64,000 nt of DNA from Ignavibacteriota bacterium (GCA_963727825.1 CAVSHO010000011.1:96001-160000), one strand, 5' to 3'. Shown: positions 9,579 through 21,695, counted from the first letter of the stretch. The notes: generated from the sequence alone by a model not told the origin. A program made the numbers and translations.

Positions 9579-11417
9579 TCATTCTACTGTAACGCTCTTT
9601 GCAAGATTTCGTGGTTGGTCCACATTGCAGCCTCGCAATACAGCAATGTAATACGCCAGTAATTGCAGCGGGATAACGGAGAGTATCGGTGAGAACAAAT
9701 CAAGTGTTTGCGGAACGCAGATCAAATAATCAGCTAACTGGCTAATATTTTTCTCCTCTTCATTGACAATCGCTATCACTATTCCGCGCCGGGCTTTTAC
9801 TTCTTGAATATTGCTCATAATCTTTTCGTATGTTCTGTCGTGCGGAGCGATAAACACAACCGGCATTTTCTCGTCAATTAAAGCAATGGGTCCGTGTTTC
9901 ATTTCTGCAGCTGGGTACCCTTCTGCGTGAATATAAGAGATCTCCTTTAATTTTAGCGCGCCCTCGAGTGCAACGGGGAAATTATATCCTCTGCCAAGAT
10001 AAAGAAAGTTTTTCATTTCATTAAATTCACCTGCGATATATTCAATCTGCTTTGTATTGGAAAGGATTGTTAGCACTTTTCCCGGCAACAATTTCAATTC
10101 ATGAACGAGTGCTGCGCCTTCTTCCCGCGACATTCCTCTGCTTCGAGCTATCAAAATTGTCAAAAGCGCTAACACTGTCAATTGGGATGTGAATGCTTTT
10201 GTTGATGCAACACCTATTTCTGGCCCGGCATGAATATAAACGCCGCCATCGCTTTCTCGTGCAATAGAACTTCCTACAACATTGCATATTCCAAGAACAG
10301 TCGCCCCCTGTGCTTTCGCTTCTCGTAAAGCTGCCAGTGTATCTGCTGTTTCGCCACTTTGACTAATAAGAATCACGATATCATCTTTTGTCAGAATGGG
10401 ATTTCGATAACGGAACTCGGAAGCGTATTCCACTTCAACAGAAATATGCGCGTACTGCTCAAGCATATATTCTCCAATTAAAGCGGCATTCCACGATGTG
10501 CCACAAGCAGCAAGAATTAAACGCGGTGCACGCCCTATCTTCTCAAATACCCCCTCAAGCCCTCCAAGCTTTACATTGCCTTCCTCCTCCAGCACTCTGC
10601 CGCGCATTGCATTCTGAATCGACTCGGACTGCTCATGAATTTCTTTCAGCATGAAATGAGTGAATCCACCCTTTTCGATTTGCTCTAAATCGAATGTGAG
10701 TTCTTGAACCTCTTTCGTAATCTCAACATCGCTAAGTGTCTTTGTAACCACACTATTGGCTGTTAATTCGGCAACCTCGCCATCTCCCAGATATACAACT
10801 TGGCGAGTATGCTCTATAATTGCAGCCGCGTCAGCTGCAACAATATTTTCACCATCGCCAATCCCGAGAATAAGCGGACTTCCCATTCGAGCTGCGACTA
10901 TTCTATCCGGTTCACGAGTCGATAGAACAACGAGTCCATACGTTCCTGTTACCTCTTTCATCGCAAGGCGAACTGCATTAAAAAGATTAGGTGTCGATTT
11001 ATAGATTTCCTCGATTAAGTGCGCAATAACCTCAGTATCCGTGTCACTTACAAAGCGGTGCCCTCCTCGCAATAATTTTGTTTTAATAGCGACATAGTTT
11101 TCGATTATACCATTGTGGATTACGGCTATTTCATTCAGGCAGTCTGCATGTGGATGGGCATTAATATTATTAGGTTCACCATGTGTAGCCCAGCGAGTAT
11201 GTCCCATGCCAATATGTGCTTCTGGTTGACTGTTACCGTTATTAATCTTCTTTACAAGATCATCTACTTTCCCTGCCTGCTTTTGAATATACAAAGTTCC
11301 GTTACTACTAAGTGCTATTCCTGCTGAATCATATCCTCGGTATTCCATGCGCCTCAATCCTTCCAACAATATTGGAAGCGCATTATTTTTACCAATATAC
11401 CCAACAATACCACACAT
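9579..11417 (-). CDS. glmS: Glutamine-fructose-6-phosphate aminotransferase
   Basis: MCGIVG N-terminus, GHTRWATHG, PRNLAKSVTVE C-terminus. Confidence 0.98.
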   Translation of the reverse strand: MCGIVGYIGKNNALPILLEGLRRMEYRGYDSAGIALSSNGTLYIQKQAGKVDDLVKKINNGNSQPEAHIGMGHTRWATHGEPNNINAHPHADCLNEIAVIHNGIIENYVAIKTKLLRGGHRFVSDTDTEVIAHLIEEIYKSTPNLFNAVRLAMKEVTGTYGLVVLSTREPDRIVAARMGSPLILGIGDGENIVAADAAAIIEHTRQVVYLGDGEVAELTANSVVTKTLSDVEITKEVQELTFDLEQIEKGGFTHFMLKEIHEQSESIQNAMRGRVLEEEGNVKLGGLEGVFEKIGRAPRLILAACGTSWNAALIGEYMLEQYAHISVEVEYASEFRYRNPILTKDDIVILISQSGETADTLAALREAKAQGATVLGICNVVGSSIARESDGGVYIHAGPEIGVASTKAFTSQLTVLALLTILIARSRGMSREEGAALVHELKLLPGKVLTILSNTKQIEYIAGEFNEMKNFLYLGRGYNFPVALEGALKLKEISYIHAEGYPAAEMKHGPIALIDEKMPVVFIAPHDRTYEKIMSNIQEVKARRGIVIAIVNEEEKNISQLADYLICVPQTLDLFSPILSVIPLQLLAYYIAVLRGCNVDQPRNLAKSVTVE

Positions 11418-11431
11418 AATTCATTCTCCAA

Positions 11432-12199
11432 TTACGGGTTCAAACAAATGACAGCCATCATCCTGCCTGCACTTTTTCCATCCCGCCTATAGGAATGGAA
11501 TAAATGTTTCTCACAAATTGTGCAGTGCGTGCTGATTTCTATGTTCTCTGCGACTACTCCCAGCTGTGTTAGTTGGGATGCATTTTCTTTCTTTAGATCG
11601 ATAAATATCTTTGTAGTATTACAAGGTACGATTTTATTCTCGAACTTGACAGCGACTTCTTCATTCACTTCGTAACAACATACTCCAGCTGATGGACCTA
11701 TAAAGGCAAGCAAATTTTGGGTATCTGTTTTGAATTCCTCTTGCATCTTATATACCGCTCGCTTGACGATTTCATTTGCGGTGCCTCTCCATCCTGCATG
11801 TGCTATTCCTATCACATTTTGAATTGGATCAAAGAGCATAATCGGAACACAATCAGCAATAGTTATAAGCAATGCCACTTCACTTACGTTTGTAACAAGA
11901 GCATCGCAATTCTTATATTCACCAGGTGCATCAACCTTGCAAACATTGTTTGAATGAGATTGCAGTGGAATTGCAAGCTTACTACCGGATATCCCGAGCT
12001 GAGATAAGAACCATTTCCGATTCATTTCAACGCTTGCCGGATCGTCTCCAATGCCATAACCGAGATTCATCTCGAATCCATTGCGGCTTTTATTCCCGAG
12101 CTTAGTGCTCATTCCTGAATGCAACTTCGGATAATTAGAAAATATATCAGGGATTATTACAATCTTTTCTTGGATGTTAGATTGGAAGTCGGATTTCAA
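11432..12199 (-). CDS. pgeF: Peptidoglycan editing factor PgeF (YfiH family)
   Basis: ADCVPI, HAGWRG, FHSYRRDG..GRM motifs. Confidence 0.92.
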   Translation of the reverse strand: MKSDFQSNIQEKIVIIPDIFSNYPKLHSGMSTKLGNKSRNGFEMNLGYGIGDDPASVEMNRKWFLSQLGISGSKLAIPLQSHSNNVCKVDAPGEYKNCDALVTNVSEVALLITIADCVPIMLFDPIQNVIGIAHAGWRGTANEIVKRAVYKMQEEFKTDTQNLLAFIGPSAGVCCYEVNEEVAVKFENKIVPCNTTKIFIDLKKENASQLTQLGVVAENIEISTHCTICEKHLFHSYRRDGKSAGRMMAVICLNP

Positions 12200-15100
12200 A
12201 TGTCGTCCCTTTTCCGTGTTCGCTTTTACAGGTTATTTTCCCTCCATGATCTTCAATGACTCTTCTTGCTATTGCTAATCCAATTCCCATCCCTTCCGAC
12301 TTTGTTGAAAAGTTTGGTTCAAATATCTTTGAACGTATCTCTTCTGGAATTCCTAAACCTGTGTCAGAGATAGTAATAAGGCACAATCGCCCTTCTTGAG
12401 AAGTTCTAATAGTAATTGTTCCTGTTTTTTCGATTGCTTGAATAGCGTTTCTTATAATATTGATAAAGACTCCACGAAGTTGATCGCTATCTGCAATCAC
12501 TTTAACAGTCGGTGACGCAAGTTGATCGATAAAGCGGACTCCCTGAACCTCCCTGAATAAATTGATTATTTCCTTCAATAAATCATCAATGCTGACTCGT
12601 TCGAATCTTCTCTCCGGCATTTTAGCAAAGTGCGAGAATTCCGTTGCAATGCGTGATAGAGCTTCTATTTGATCGATCACAGTTTGTGTTACACGCTGGA
12701 GAATTTCTTCCCGTTCCGGTGCTTGATCTTTGAATGCCTGCCGCAAATGTTGAATGGAAAGTTTCATTGGCGTAAGTGGATTTCTGATTTCATGGGCGAC
12801 TTGCTTCGCCATTTCTTTCCAAGCATTCTCGCGTTCATGTTTGGCAAGTTCATCTCTGCTCGTGCGCAACTTTGAGATCATATCGTTGAATGATTGGGCA
12901 AGTGTTCCAATTTCATCACGTGATTTCACTGAAACATTTATATCGAGATTTCCGTCGGCAACGCTTTTTACGGCACCGGTCAGTTTATGCAGTGGACGTG
13001 CGAAACGTAAAGCAAGTATTCCACCGCCGGCTAATGCAAATCCAAATATAATAGCGTAAACTCCAAAGACATATACATTTTGCTGCGACAGTTCGGCTTC
13101 GATTTCTCTTTGTCTATTTAAGGTCGGTATAGCAAGCACCCCAACAACGCGTCCATTGATCGTAAGCGCAGAATAACCAACAACGTATTCAACAGAGCCA
13201 ATTTTTTCTTTTGCCAAAATGTACTTTTTTCCATCAAGTATTGTTGAAGCATATACTTTGCCATTAAGCCTTCCATCTAAAAGAGATGCTCTATAAAGTT
13301 CCGATCGGCTGCTTGCCTGAATTGTAGCGCCTCGATAAATCGAAAAATCAATTCCATATTCAGCGGCAAGCGCTTCACAGAAATCATCATCGACCCCTTT
13401 TATGAAATCCTCCTCATCAGTAACATAAGCGCTGATTCGATCCTGTAATTTAGCTAACTCACTGTAGAGTTCTATCTCACCTTGTTTTTGCACTCGTTCT
13501 GCAACGAGCTGTCTATTGTAGTAACTTAGAATCACAAGCGGTATAAGTGTTATGCATGCAAATCCGAATACGAGTTTACCTTTAAATCCAAATGCAGGCA
13601 TATTGTTCTGCTTAATTTTCCTAATGCATAAACATATACCGATTACAGCCATAATGGTAAGACAGATGAAGAATTCTTTCAGGTAACCAAACATATCCCA
13701 ACGAAAATCTAATTCTTCCAAACTGATTGCTGCAATTCTCTCAAACGAAGCAGGATCTCTCATAAACACTGTGTGCGTTTTATATCCATTAATCAGAATA
13801 TTTTTCCACAGAATATTATTTGCTGTCTTTTGAAGTTCACTATCTATCGCTGTAGTCAAAAAGTTCTCTGGATACAATTTTCTACCTGTTGAAAGTACCA
13901 GCGAATCATTTACAAATTCATGAACAGCAATTTCACGCACTGCATTATTTTCTAACCTATCCCCAAATTGCCGAAGCGGTTCTGTGTCTTCTTCATGAAA
14001 TATGGTTTTTTGATGTTCTGATAGAAGCAATGCAACACTGCCAAGTAATTGGCCGCTTGAATCTCTTATAGTAGTCCAAGCTCCATATAGTTTGCCTAAT
14101 ATTTTTGATTCTGTTCGATCAATGACGTGAACAGCATCTTCTTCACCTGCAAAGACTTTTGTGAGAATATTTTGTTGTTCTGGTTTATTCATGCCTACTA
14201 CAAACCGATCAACTTCGCTTCCTTGTTGATTATATAGAATAAGAGCAGAGTTGTATCCTTCTTTGCCGATAAGTGATTTTGTCCATAGAACAAAGGCCAA
14301 GTTATTTTCTTTTGCTGCTGAAATAGAATATGAGTTCAAATTATCTTCATAACTTTCGACAGTTGTTCGGAGCCCATCCTGCACAATATAAGTCAACCAA
14401 CTGTCTGATGGGCGCAAGAATTCGCTCTCTATCGATTCCACTTCTTTGCGCTCTCTTTGCTGAAGTTCCAGATGTAATAAAGGTGCTCCAATAACAAATG
14501 AACTCAAAGTTATCCACACTGCAAGCCTCCATTGCCGTGGCGTTAAACTAAGTCCTACGGTTTTCCAATAGACAATTAACTCATTGAAGGCAACACAAAT
14601 CGTAATGAAGAGAATTGAAAAAAGGAGTAAAATTATTTGAGTCCTATCTATGAGCGTAAATATTGGAATGCCGATAATTATAGAACTGATAAGGACAATT
14701 TGCAATATAGTCTTAGATTCAGAATAATGAGCAGACAGTAATTTTCTTACGCTATAGAGTAATACTATTGAGATACATATCAAAGAGATACCGAGCATGA
14801 GAATATTGGAATACATAAGCGCTGCAGCGTTGTCCGGCAATATCTCCGACGGATTGCTATATCTAATTGTTGAATCAAAAACAAAACTCCGCACTGCTTC
14901 ACCAAACCCCCGAAAGAGCCATAGGATCAGCATTGAAATAACAATAACGAATACTATAGAACCTATTCGTCCGACACGTAAACTAAGTCTCGTGGTTATT
15001 CCATTTTCTTTATACTTAAGGGTGATATAAGAAAACAAGAACCAAGATGAAACCACTGCTGTTAATCCCGTTAAAATAAGTTCGCCGAGTGAAGAACTAA

Positions 15101-16080
15101 ATCCAAAAATAAATGGGGATGCATATAAATTCGGATTGAAGAGCCATCCGCTAAAGATAGTAGCGGGAAAATTTAGTTCTCGCCATACCAGTCGAACAAA
15201 CCACAAAGAAAAAACGAATGTCGTGGATGTCATCCAACTGTTACTTTTTTTTGCGATCCATATTAAAAAGATACTTGTAAGGAACAGACAACTACATGCT
15301 AAACAAATGGAGATCAACATCATGCACGCGTCTATATCTGACGAAATCTTACCATTAAGAGTCATTTCTGTGACAAAGAATTCAGCCATCGTCTTATTTG
15401 CTTGATCGACCACTGGAATACTATACTCTCCCTGATGCGCTATATACGTGTGCGGTAGTTTGAAGGTAACTTGTGTCCCTAGTGCCTGCGAAAGTTCTGC
15501 GCATAAACTTACTTTCTGAACAAAGCGATTTGATATCGGAGAGTTTACTTCAAGCGGTTCACTTACCAATAAAGTCAATTTATCCGAAGATAATTTCTTT
15601 CCTACAGTTAAATAGGTGCGCAATCCGTTTTGTGTAATATAGATAAATGGTTCGCGGGAATTATTATCGTTCACCTGCTTGTATAATAAGTGCAATGCTG
15701 GGCCCATTCCATGCAAGGATATTTTCTTGAAAATCAATGAGGTCGATTGTTTGATCATCATTTAATCTATGCGAATTAATAGATTGAAATGCTTTAATCG
15801 CGGCAGGGATATCGTTTAGGCTTGAACTCGTGCATAGTGATGTATCACTGGAAGTAACATCGACAATTTTAGTCAGCTTTTCAATTCTGGTTTGAAATGC
15901 TTTACGAATTTCTAGTTCGGCTCGCGTGCGTTGCGCGGTGCGTTCGGCATCCCAACGATAATTTACAAATGATGGAATGGCAAGCCGTACTACCATTAGC
16001 ACTGCCGTTATGGCAATACAAATAAAAAAGCCCCACAGCGCGGGGCGGGCATACTTTATGTAATAATTTGTTATGCCCAT
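12177..16080 (-). CDS. Large membrane sensor histidine kinase (NtrY-like HAMP-HisKA-HATPase), split by one frameshift near 15685
   Basis: AWKEMAKQVAHEIRNPLTP H-box, GMGIGL G2 box; ORFs 15664..16080 and 12177..15761 overlap and join with a 1-nt shift. Confidence 0.85.
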
Positions 16081-16087
16081 TGCTTCA

Positions 16088-16555
16088 TTAATAGATATTG
16101 AATTGATTGATGACCCACCGAGAATCCTGCCGTGTCAGCGACACGTATACTTGCACTGATTCTTGATTCCCTTTTTTAACATAAACAAGACGGCCTGTCG
16201 CGTAAGGGGCGTTACCTTTTTCATGAATACGAGAAAACTCAAAGGAGATTGATTTGCGTCCTGAAAAATACCCAGATAACACCGAAGCTGCTTGATTCAT
16301 TGAGAAATATCCACGCTCACTTGAGCCTATGGCGATAGAAACTATAGCACCAAGGTCTCTTTGAAATCCTTCCACTGTACACATCCGTATACCGTACTCA
16401 ATGTTATGAAATATAGATAATACTTTGGAGTACTGCTGAATTAAGATAGTAGATTCTGTGCCGGATGCCTCTTTTATGAGATGCAACTCAGATTTTTGTT
16501 TCACCTGTGCTTGGGAAGAAAAAGAGAAAAGTAATATGACTAACAGCCATCTCAT
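16088..16555 (-). CDS. Secreted hypothetical protein (DUF4783-like)
   Basis: Signal peptide; GYFS.NQA..VL..YF pattern. Confidence 0.55.
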   Translation of the reverse strand: MRWLLVILLFSFSSQAQVKQKSELHLIKEASGTESTILIQQYSKVLSIFHNIEYGIRMCTVEGFQRDLGAIVSIAIGSSERGYFSMNQAASVLSGYFSGRKSISFEFSRIHEKGNAPYATGRLVYVKKGNQESVQVYVSLTRQDSRWVINQFNIY

Positions 16556-16703
16556 AGTTCGCGATCAAATTATCAGAAAACGTGGAGAAAGTCAATTAAT
16601 GCAAATGAATCAGCTTTACTTTTCAAAATATACATTAAAACTTCTATCAATATATCTGTGTCACCAAAATAAAATAACCAATAGATGTCCGCATATATAT
16701 ATC

Positions 16704-17990
16704 TTATTTTACGAAATACATCTTTCCATTATTTATAATACCGATTGCCTTTCCTTTCAATGCCCGTCCGTGAAATGGAGAGTTTTTAGATTTTGATTTG
16801 AATGATTGAATGTCCACTATCCATTCGATTGCCGGATCCAGCAATGTCAAATTCGCTATTTCGCCTTCCTGAATATTAATCGCCGGTAACGAAAGAATGT
16901 GACGCGGATTTACTGAAAGCTTTTCGACTAATTGAATAAGGGTGAGATATTTATGATTAACAAGTTCCGTGATAGACAATCCAATGGCAGTTTCTAAGCC
17001 AACAATGCCAAACGGTGCTTGTGCAAATTCAACTTCCTTTTCATCAATAGTATGTGGTGCGTGATCCGATGCAATGGCATCGATGATCCCATCGCGCAAC
17101 GCTTCTTTTATCGCTTGAACATCTTCTTTCGTTCGCAGGGGAGGATTCATTTTCATATTCGTATCAAAGCTTGCAACTGCTTCATCCGAAAGTGTAAAGT
17201 GATGTGGCGCAGCTTCGCAGGTTATATTTAACTTTTCTATTTTCGCTCGGCGTACGCAATCGATAGATCCGATTGTGCTTATGTGCGCAACGTGATATTT
17301 CGCCCGAGGGACATAACGCAAGAGAACAATATCCCGTGCAATCATCAACTCTTCGGCAATCGGCGGAATACCGGGCATGCCAAGCCGAGTAGATTCAAAT
17401 CCTTCATTCATCAATCCATTCCTTGTCATCGTGTGTTCTTCTGCATGTTGAATAATAGGCAAATTATACATAGATGAATATTCAAAAATTCGCCGCATTA
17501 ACTCTGCATTTGAAATCGGCGAGCCGTCATCTGAAAAAGCAACCGCACCGGCTTTTGCTAATTCAGCCATCGGTGATAATTCTTCACCTTTACGCCCTTT
17601 CGATGCAGCGGCAATCGGGTACACATCCACAAGTCCTCCGGTGGCGCGTCTTCCTTCTTCCTGAACATAGCGCGCAACAGATTCTTCATCAATTGCCGGA
17701 TTCGTATTAGGCATGCAACATACGGCTGTAAATCCTCCAGCGGCGGCAGAAGCACATCCTGTTTCAATAGTTTCTTTGTGTTCAAATCCCGGTTCACGTA
17801 GATGCACATGCATATCGATAAATCCAGGAGCAATGACTTTATTTTTCAAATCAATTACCTTATACGATTTATCGCTGGAAAGCGATGCGCCGATTCGTTC
17901 AATCTTTCCATCTACAATCAACATATCCATAATCGCATCTTTCCCTTTAATGGGATCAATTAAATGACCAGATTTCAGATGTAGTTTCAT
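16704..17990 (-). CDS. pyrC: Dihydroorotase
   Basis: DMHVHLREPG, KMNPPLR, ASDHAPH motifs; operon context. Confidence 0.96.
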   Translation of the reverse strand: MKLHLKSGHLIDPIKGKDAIMDMLIVDGKIERIGASLSSDKSYKVIDLKNKVIAPGFIDMHVHLREPGFEHKETIETGCASAAAGGFTAVCCMPNTNPAIDEESVARYVQEEGRRATGGLVDVYPIAAASKGRKGEELSPMAELAKAGAVAFSDDGSPISNAELMRRIFEYSSMYNLPIIQHAEEHTMTRNGLMNEGFESTRLGMPGIPPIAEELMIARDIVLLRYVPRAKYHVAHISTIGSIDCVRRAKIEKLNITCEAAPHHFTLSDEAVASFDTNMKMNPPLRTKEDVQAIKEALRDGIIDAIASDHAPHTIDEKEVEFAQAPFGIVGLETAIGLSITELVNHKYLTLIQLVEKLSVNPRHILSLPAINIQEGEIANLTLLDPAIEWIVDIQSFKSKSKNSPFHGRALKGKAIGIINNGKMYFVK

Positions 17991-18001
17991 GTTTAATTCC
18001 C

Positions 18002-18922
18002 TCAATTAGAAGTTCCAAGTAAGTAGAGTACCGCCATTCTGATGGCTTCACCGTTGGTTACTTGTTCGAGAATGACAGAATGAGGCCCATCTGCGAGATC
18101 AGCAGAAAGTTCAACATCACGATTAATTGGACCAGGATGCATTATGGTAATTGGTTTCAACGCACGATCAACTTTTTCTTTCGTCACACCGAAGTAACGA
18201 TGGTATTCACGAAGTGATGGGAAGAGCCCGCTTTTTTGCCGCTCCAGTTGAATACGAAGAACATTCAATACATCGACTTGAGGAATCACATCTTCTAATC
18301 TATGATATACATGCACGCCAAGATTTTCAATGTTCCGCGGGATAAGTGTTGCCGGGCCGCATACGGATATTTCTGCCCCCATAGTTCTTAATCCATAAAT
18401 ATTTGAAAGTGCAACACGGCTGTGTACAATATCGCCCACGATGCAAATACGCAATCCTTCGAGTGAGCCATGTTTCTCCCTCAGTGTCATCATATCGAGC
18501 AATGCTTGCGTAGGATGCTCATGCGCTCCATCGCCTGCGTTAATCACATTTGCCTTAACTACACGTGTCAGAAAGTACGGTGCGCCTGATGCTGAATGTC
18601 TAATTACAACCATATCGATTTTCATCGCTTCGATGTTGCGAGCTGTATCCTTCAAGGTTTCTCCTTTACTAACACTACTACCGGATGCGGCAAAGTTTAC
18701 TACATCTGCCGAGAGACGCCGCTCTGCAAGCTCAAATGAAATTCTTGTTCGAGTAGAACTCTCAAAGAATAAATTCACAATTGTTTTTCCTTGCAGCGGC
18801 GGAACCTTTTTAATCGGCCGTTCTAAAATCTCTTTGAATGATGCTGCTGTATCTAGTATAAGCGTGATATCTTCCTTGCTCATTCCTTCTAGTCCAAGTA
18901 AGTGACGGCTTTGCAATTTCAT
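18002..18922 (-). CDS. pyrB: Aspartate carbamoyltransferase catalytic subunit
   Basis: FFESSTRTR, HPTQALLD, MHPGP motifs. Confidence 0.97.
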   Translation of the reverse strand: MKLQSRHLLGLEGMSKEDITLILDTAASFKEILERPIKKVPPLQGKTIVNLFFESSTRTRISFELAERRLSADVVNFAASGSSVSKGETLKDTARNIEAMKIDMVVIRHSASGAPYFLTRVVKANVINAGDGAHEHPTQALLDMMTLREKHGSLEGLRICIVGDIVHSRVALSNIYGLRTMGAEISVCGPATLIPRNIENLGVHVYHRLEDVIPQVDVLNVLRIQLERQKSGLFPSLREYHRYFGVTKEKVDRALKPITIMHPGPINRDVELSADLADGPHSVILEQVTNGEAIRMAVLYLLGTSN

Positions 18923-19470
18923 TGCCCATCCTCCTTTTCATCATTATCTATGAGATAGACTGCGTCTTCTTCATCTGTTTCTGTCATAGCCACTTGTACT
19001 TTTTGCCCATGCGCAGTTGGTATATTCTTGCCGACAAAATCTGCTTTGATCGGTAGCTCACGATGCCCGCGGTCTATCAATACCAATAACTGAATCTCAG
19101 AAGGGCGCCCAATATCCATTAAAGCATTTAGCGCTGAACGAATTGTCCGTCCAGTAAAAAGCACATCATCAATTAAAACGATAACTTTGCCGCGAACATT
19201 AAAAAGAATTTCCGTGCTTTTCAATTCAGGTTGATCAAGACGCCCTCGCAGATCGTCACGATAGAGAGTAATATCTAATGTGCCAACTTGCACATCCATG
19301 TTTTCGATTTCTGCTATTTTCTTTGCAACGCGATGGGCAAGAAATTCACCGCGTGTTCTAATCCCAACAAGCACCACATCCTTCACGCCTTTATTTTTCT
19401 CTACTACTTCATGGGAGAGACGGTTGACAGTCCGCCGAAGACCATCGGCATCTAAAACTTTTGTTTTCAT
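18919..19470 (-). CDS. pyrR: PyrR regulator / uracil phosphoribosyltransferase
   Basis: LDITLYRDDL, DDVLFTGRT, DRGHRELPI; real start near 19470-19476 after the aaggtg RBS. Confidence 0.96.
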   Translation of the reverse strand: MKTKVLDADGLRRTVNRLSHEVVEKNKGVKDVVLVGIRTRGEFLAHRVAKKIAEIENMDVQVGTLDITLYRDDLRGRLDQPELKSTEILFNVRGKVIVLIDDVLFTGRTIRSALNALMDIGRPSEIQLLVLIDRGHRELPIKADFVGKNIPTAHGQKVQVAMTETDEEDAVYLIDNDEKEDGQ

Positions 19471-19492
19471 CATCATCCACCTTTCTTTATAT

Positions 19493-19637
19493 GAAAAAAC
19501 CCCCAGTTCCAGTAAATTAGGAAAAGGGGGGCAATTTTCAATCAGTAATGATGAGCGGTCATTCAACGTTTTTCATTCTTCATAGATCGCTAATCATTGA
19601 TCATCCCTTTCCTACCTCGCTGGATAGGAATTAAAGG
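19493..19637 (-). promoter_or_regulatory. PyrR-binding loop and attenuator terminator
   Basis: Minus strand CCTTTAA-TTCCT-ATCCAGCGAGGT-AGGAAAGG (19606-19637) resembles the PyrR binding loop; followed by CCCC..GGGGG-TTTTTT hairpin (~19493-19531). Confidence 0.8.
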
Positions 19638-19665
19638 AACATCTTCAAAGAACATCTTATATTTG

Positions 19666-19740
19666 TGGGCGCTGCGGGGATCGAACCTGCGACCTTACGC
19701 GTGTGAGGCGTACGCTCTGAACCAGCTGAGCTAAGCGCCC
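19666..19740 (-). tRNA. tRNA-Val(CAC)
   Basis: Cloverleaf, anticodon arm TACGC-CT-CAC-AC-GCGTA. Confidence 0.96.
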
Positions 19741-20080
19741 GCAATTTATTACCCTATTTGCATAATTACATTATAAGATAGAAAAAAATATGTTTTGGTT
19801 CAACCTGTATCTCTACCTAAATAAAAAACGCATACTGTCTCTTACCTTATTCAAATCAGAATCCGGCTTATAGCAACACACTAATAAACAGGCAATATAT
19901 GCATATCCTGTCAACATATATATTTACATTGTTGAATATTTGGATTGCATTATTCGAATGCATTAATTAACTTTGACGTTGTAATTAAATCGATATTCTA
20001 ACCATTCATATCTAAAAAACACTCAGAGAATAAAGACAGCCCATATAAAGCGAGCAATTCACAATTCAAAGGAGAAAAGC

Positions 20081-20318
20081 ATGGCAAAAAACGCAGACAG
20101 GTACTAATGCCGCTAATAATGCGACAGACAGTGTCACGTGTCCGCGATGTAATGGGACCGGTTTATCAGGCGAACATATGAAATGTAAGAATTGCAGAGG
20201 CTTTGGCTTCATCTCTCCTCGAACAATATCATGTCAATATTGCGGCGGTACCGGTTTCAAAAAAGCCCATGTAACTTGTGACCACTGTGGCGGCTTTGGG
20301 AACTTACCACAGAAGTGA
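20081..20318 (+). CDS. Stand-alone DnaJ-type zinc-finger protein (4x CxxCxGxG), frameshifted in an A6 run near the start
   Basis: aggag RBS; removing one A gives MAKTQTG...CPRCNGTG..CKNCRGFG..CQYCGGTG..CDHCGGFGNLPQK*; absent from the ORF track. Confidence 0.8.
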
Positions 20319-20671
20319 GTTGCTAAAATATGTGAATTATTTTTTTTCAGGTTAGCATTGCCGACGCGTCATTTGACTCTGTCTAATTCAATTCATAATT
20401 GATTCTATTTTGTAGTAATCTGATTTTTTTAAATAAATATTTCTAATATAGTTTGTCTATTCCTTTCTTAGAACCTAAGCGTTATCTTTAGCTATACTAC
20501 TTTTAATGTTTTCCAGAGCGGTTGAGGCCGAGCGATTCATAAATTGATTTGCAATCTGAAAATCCACGCAAGCTTCCTTGCGTTTCTTTAGTCCAATTTT
20601 TGTCATTCCTCAAAGAATTGGAACCTCTAATGTAGTCGTAAGATTTCAGTTGTTAGATGTAAACCGTTTAT

Positions 20672-21013
20672 TTATTGTTTTTGTTTATAACCGATGTTAT
20701 GAGCGAGGCAAATTGGACATTCACATAGATTTCTTAATATTTCCCACGTATATATACCAGTAGTATGTCCATCGCCCCACGATATCTGAATAGCATAATG
20801 ACCAACCTGTTGGATATCAGTTAACTTATATCTTCCAAGAAGATACTGCTGCGGTTCCGGCTTGTAAGTCTTGAGCAAAACTGTTTCACCTTGGCATCCT
20901 GCACACGGACAATTATCACGCAATGTACGAAGAGAGATGACACTTACATGCTCATCATCCCATTTTATGGAAATTTCGTCCGGTGAAGATAGTTTGATTA
21001 GTGTTGCAATCAT
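20672..21013 (-). CDS. DUF971 / gamma-butyrobetaine hydroxylase N-terminal-like protein
   Basis: LRDNCPCAGC, VGHYAIQISWGDGH.TGIYTW. Confidence 0.9.
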   Translation of the reverse strand: MIATLIKLSSPDEISIKWDDEHVSVISLRTLRDNCPCAGCQGETVLLKTYKPEPQQYLLGRYKLTDIQQVGHYAIQISWGDGHTTGIYTWEILRNLCECPICLAHNIGYKQKQ

Positions 21014-21070
21014 TTTCTTTCCTTCTTAATAATAATGAAAAAGGACAATCATTGTTGATTGTCCTTTCCG

Positions 21071-21144
21071 TGGACCGTACCGGGCTCGAACCGGTGACCT
21101 CCACAATGCCATTGTGGCGCTCTCCCATGCTGAGCTAACGGCCC
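21071..21144 (-). tRNA. tRNA-Ala(GGC)
   Basis: Cloverleaf, CCACA-AT-GGC-AT-TGTGG anticodon arm. Confidence 0.96.
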
Positions 21145-21299
21145 ATTACTGAATAAAATATACCCAAGGATCAAAGCAAAGTCAATTATAAAGACATTGC
21201 AGTATAAGGAAGTTTTTTATATTTTATTCTTGTAATTAATTACAAATAAGAACGGATGTAAATACGAAAACTCCAAAAAAATATCCGCTTGCATTATCT

Positions 21300-21695
21300 A
21301 TGCATATAATTGTTTTTTCTATTATATGCGCTTTTACTTTATTTTCATGTAAAGACCAAACGAATCAAAATCCTGCTTCCAATATCGTCTTTCCTGCTAG
21401 TGGAGTTAGTTTTAGTAAACAGGTTCAACCTCTCTTTCAACAAACATGTATTGCAGCAGGATGTCATGGCGGCAGTCAACCCGCAGCTAATTTAAATCTT
21501 GAAATTGACGTATGGCATTCTCTTATTGATTTTTTACCACAAATCGTTATTCCAAATCATGGAAGTACAAGCCCTCTTGTAATGTACCTTAACGGTGGAC
21601 TTGCTCCGCAAATGCCGCTCCGCCAGCCGCCGCTGACAACGAATCAGATTAATGGCGTCAAAACTTGGATTGATGAAGGTGCAAAGAACAACTAA
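21300..21695 (+). CDS. Lipoprotein with a c-type cytochrome domain (planctomycete cytochrome c-like)
   Basis: Lipobox LFSC, VSF...VQPLF..TC..AGCH, MP...WIDEGA. Confidence 0.75.
   Translation: MHIIVFSIICAFTLFSCKDQTNQNPASNIVFPASGVSFSKQVQPLFQQTCIAAGCHGGSQPAANLNLEIDVWHSLIDFLPQIVIPNHGSTSPLVMYLNGGLAPQMPLRQPPLTTNQINGVKTWIDEGAKNN

Noticed and set aside
19477-19566. N-terminal extension of PyrR
   Set aside because: It spans the attenuator hairpin; the RBS lies just before the ATGs at 19470-19476
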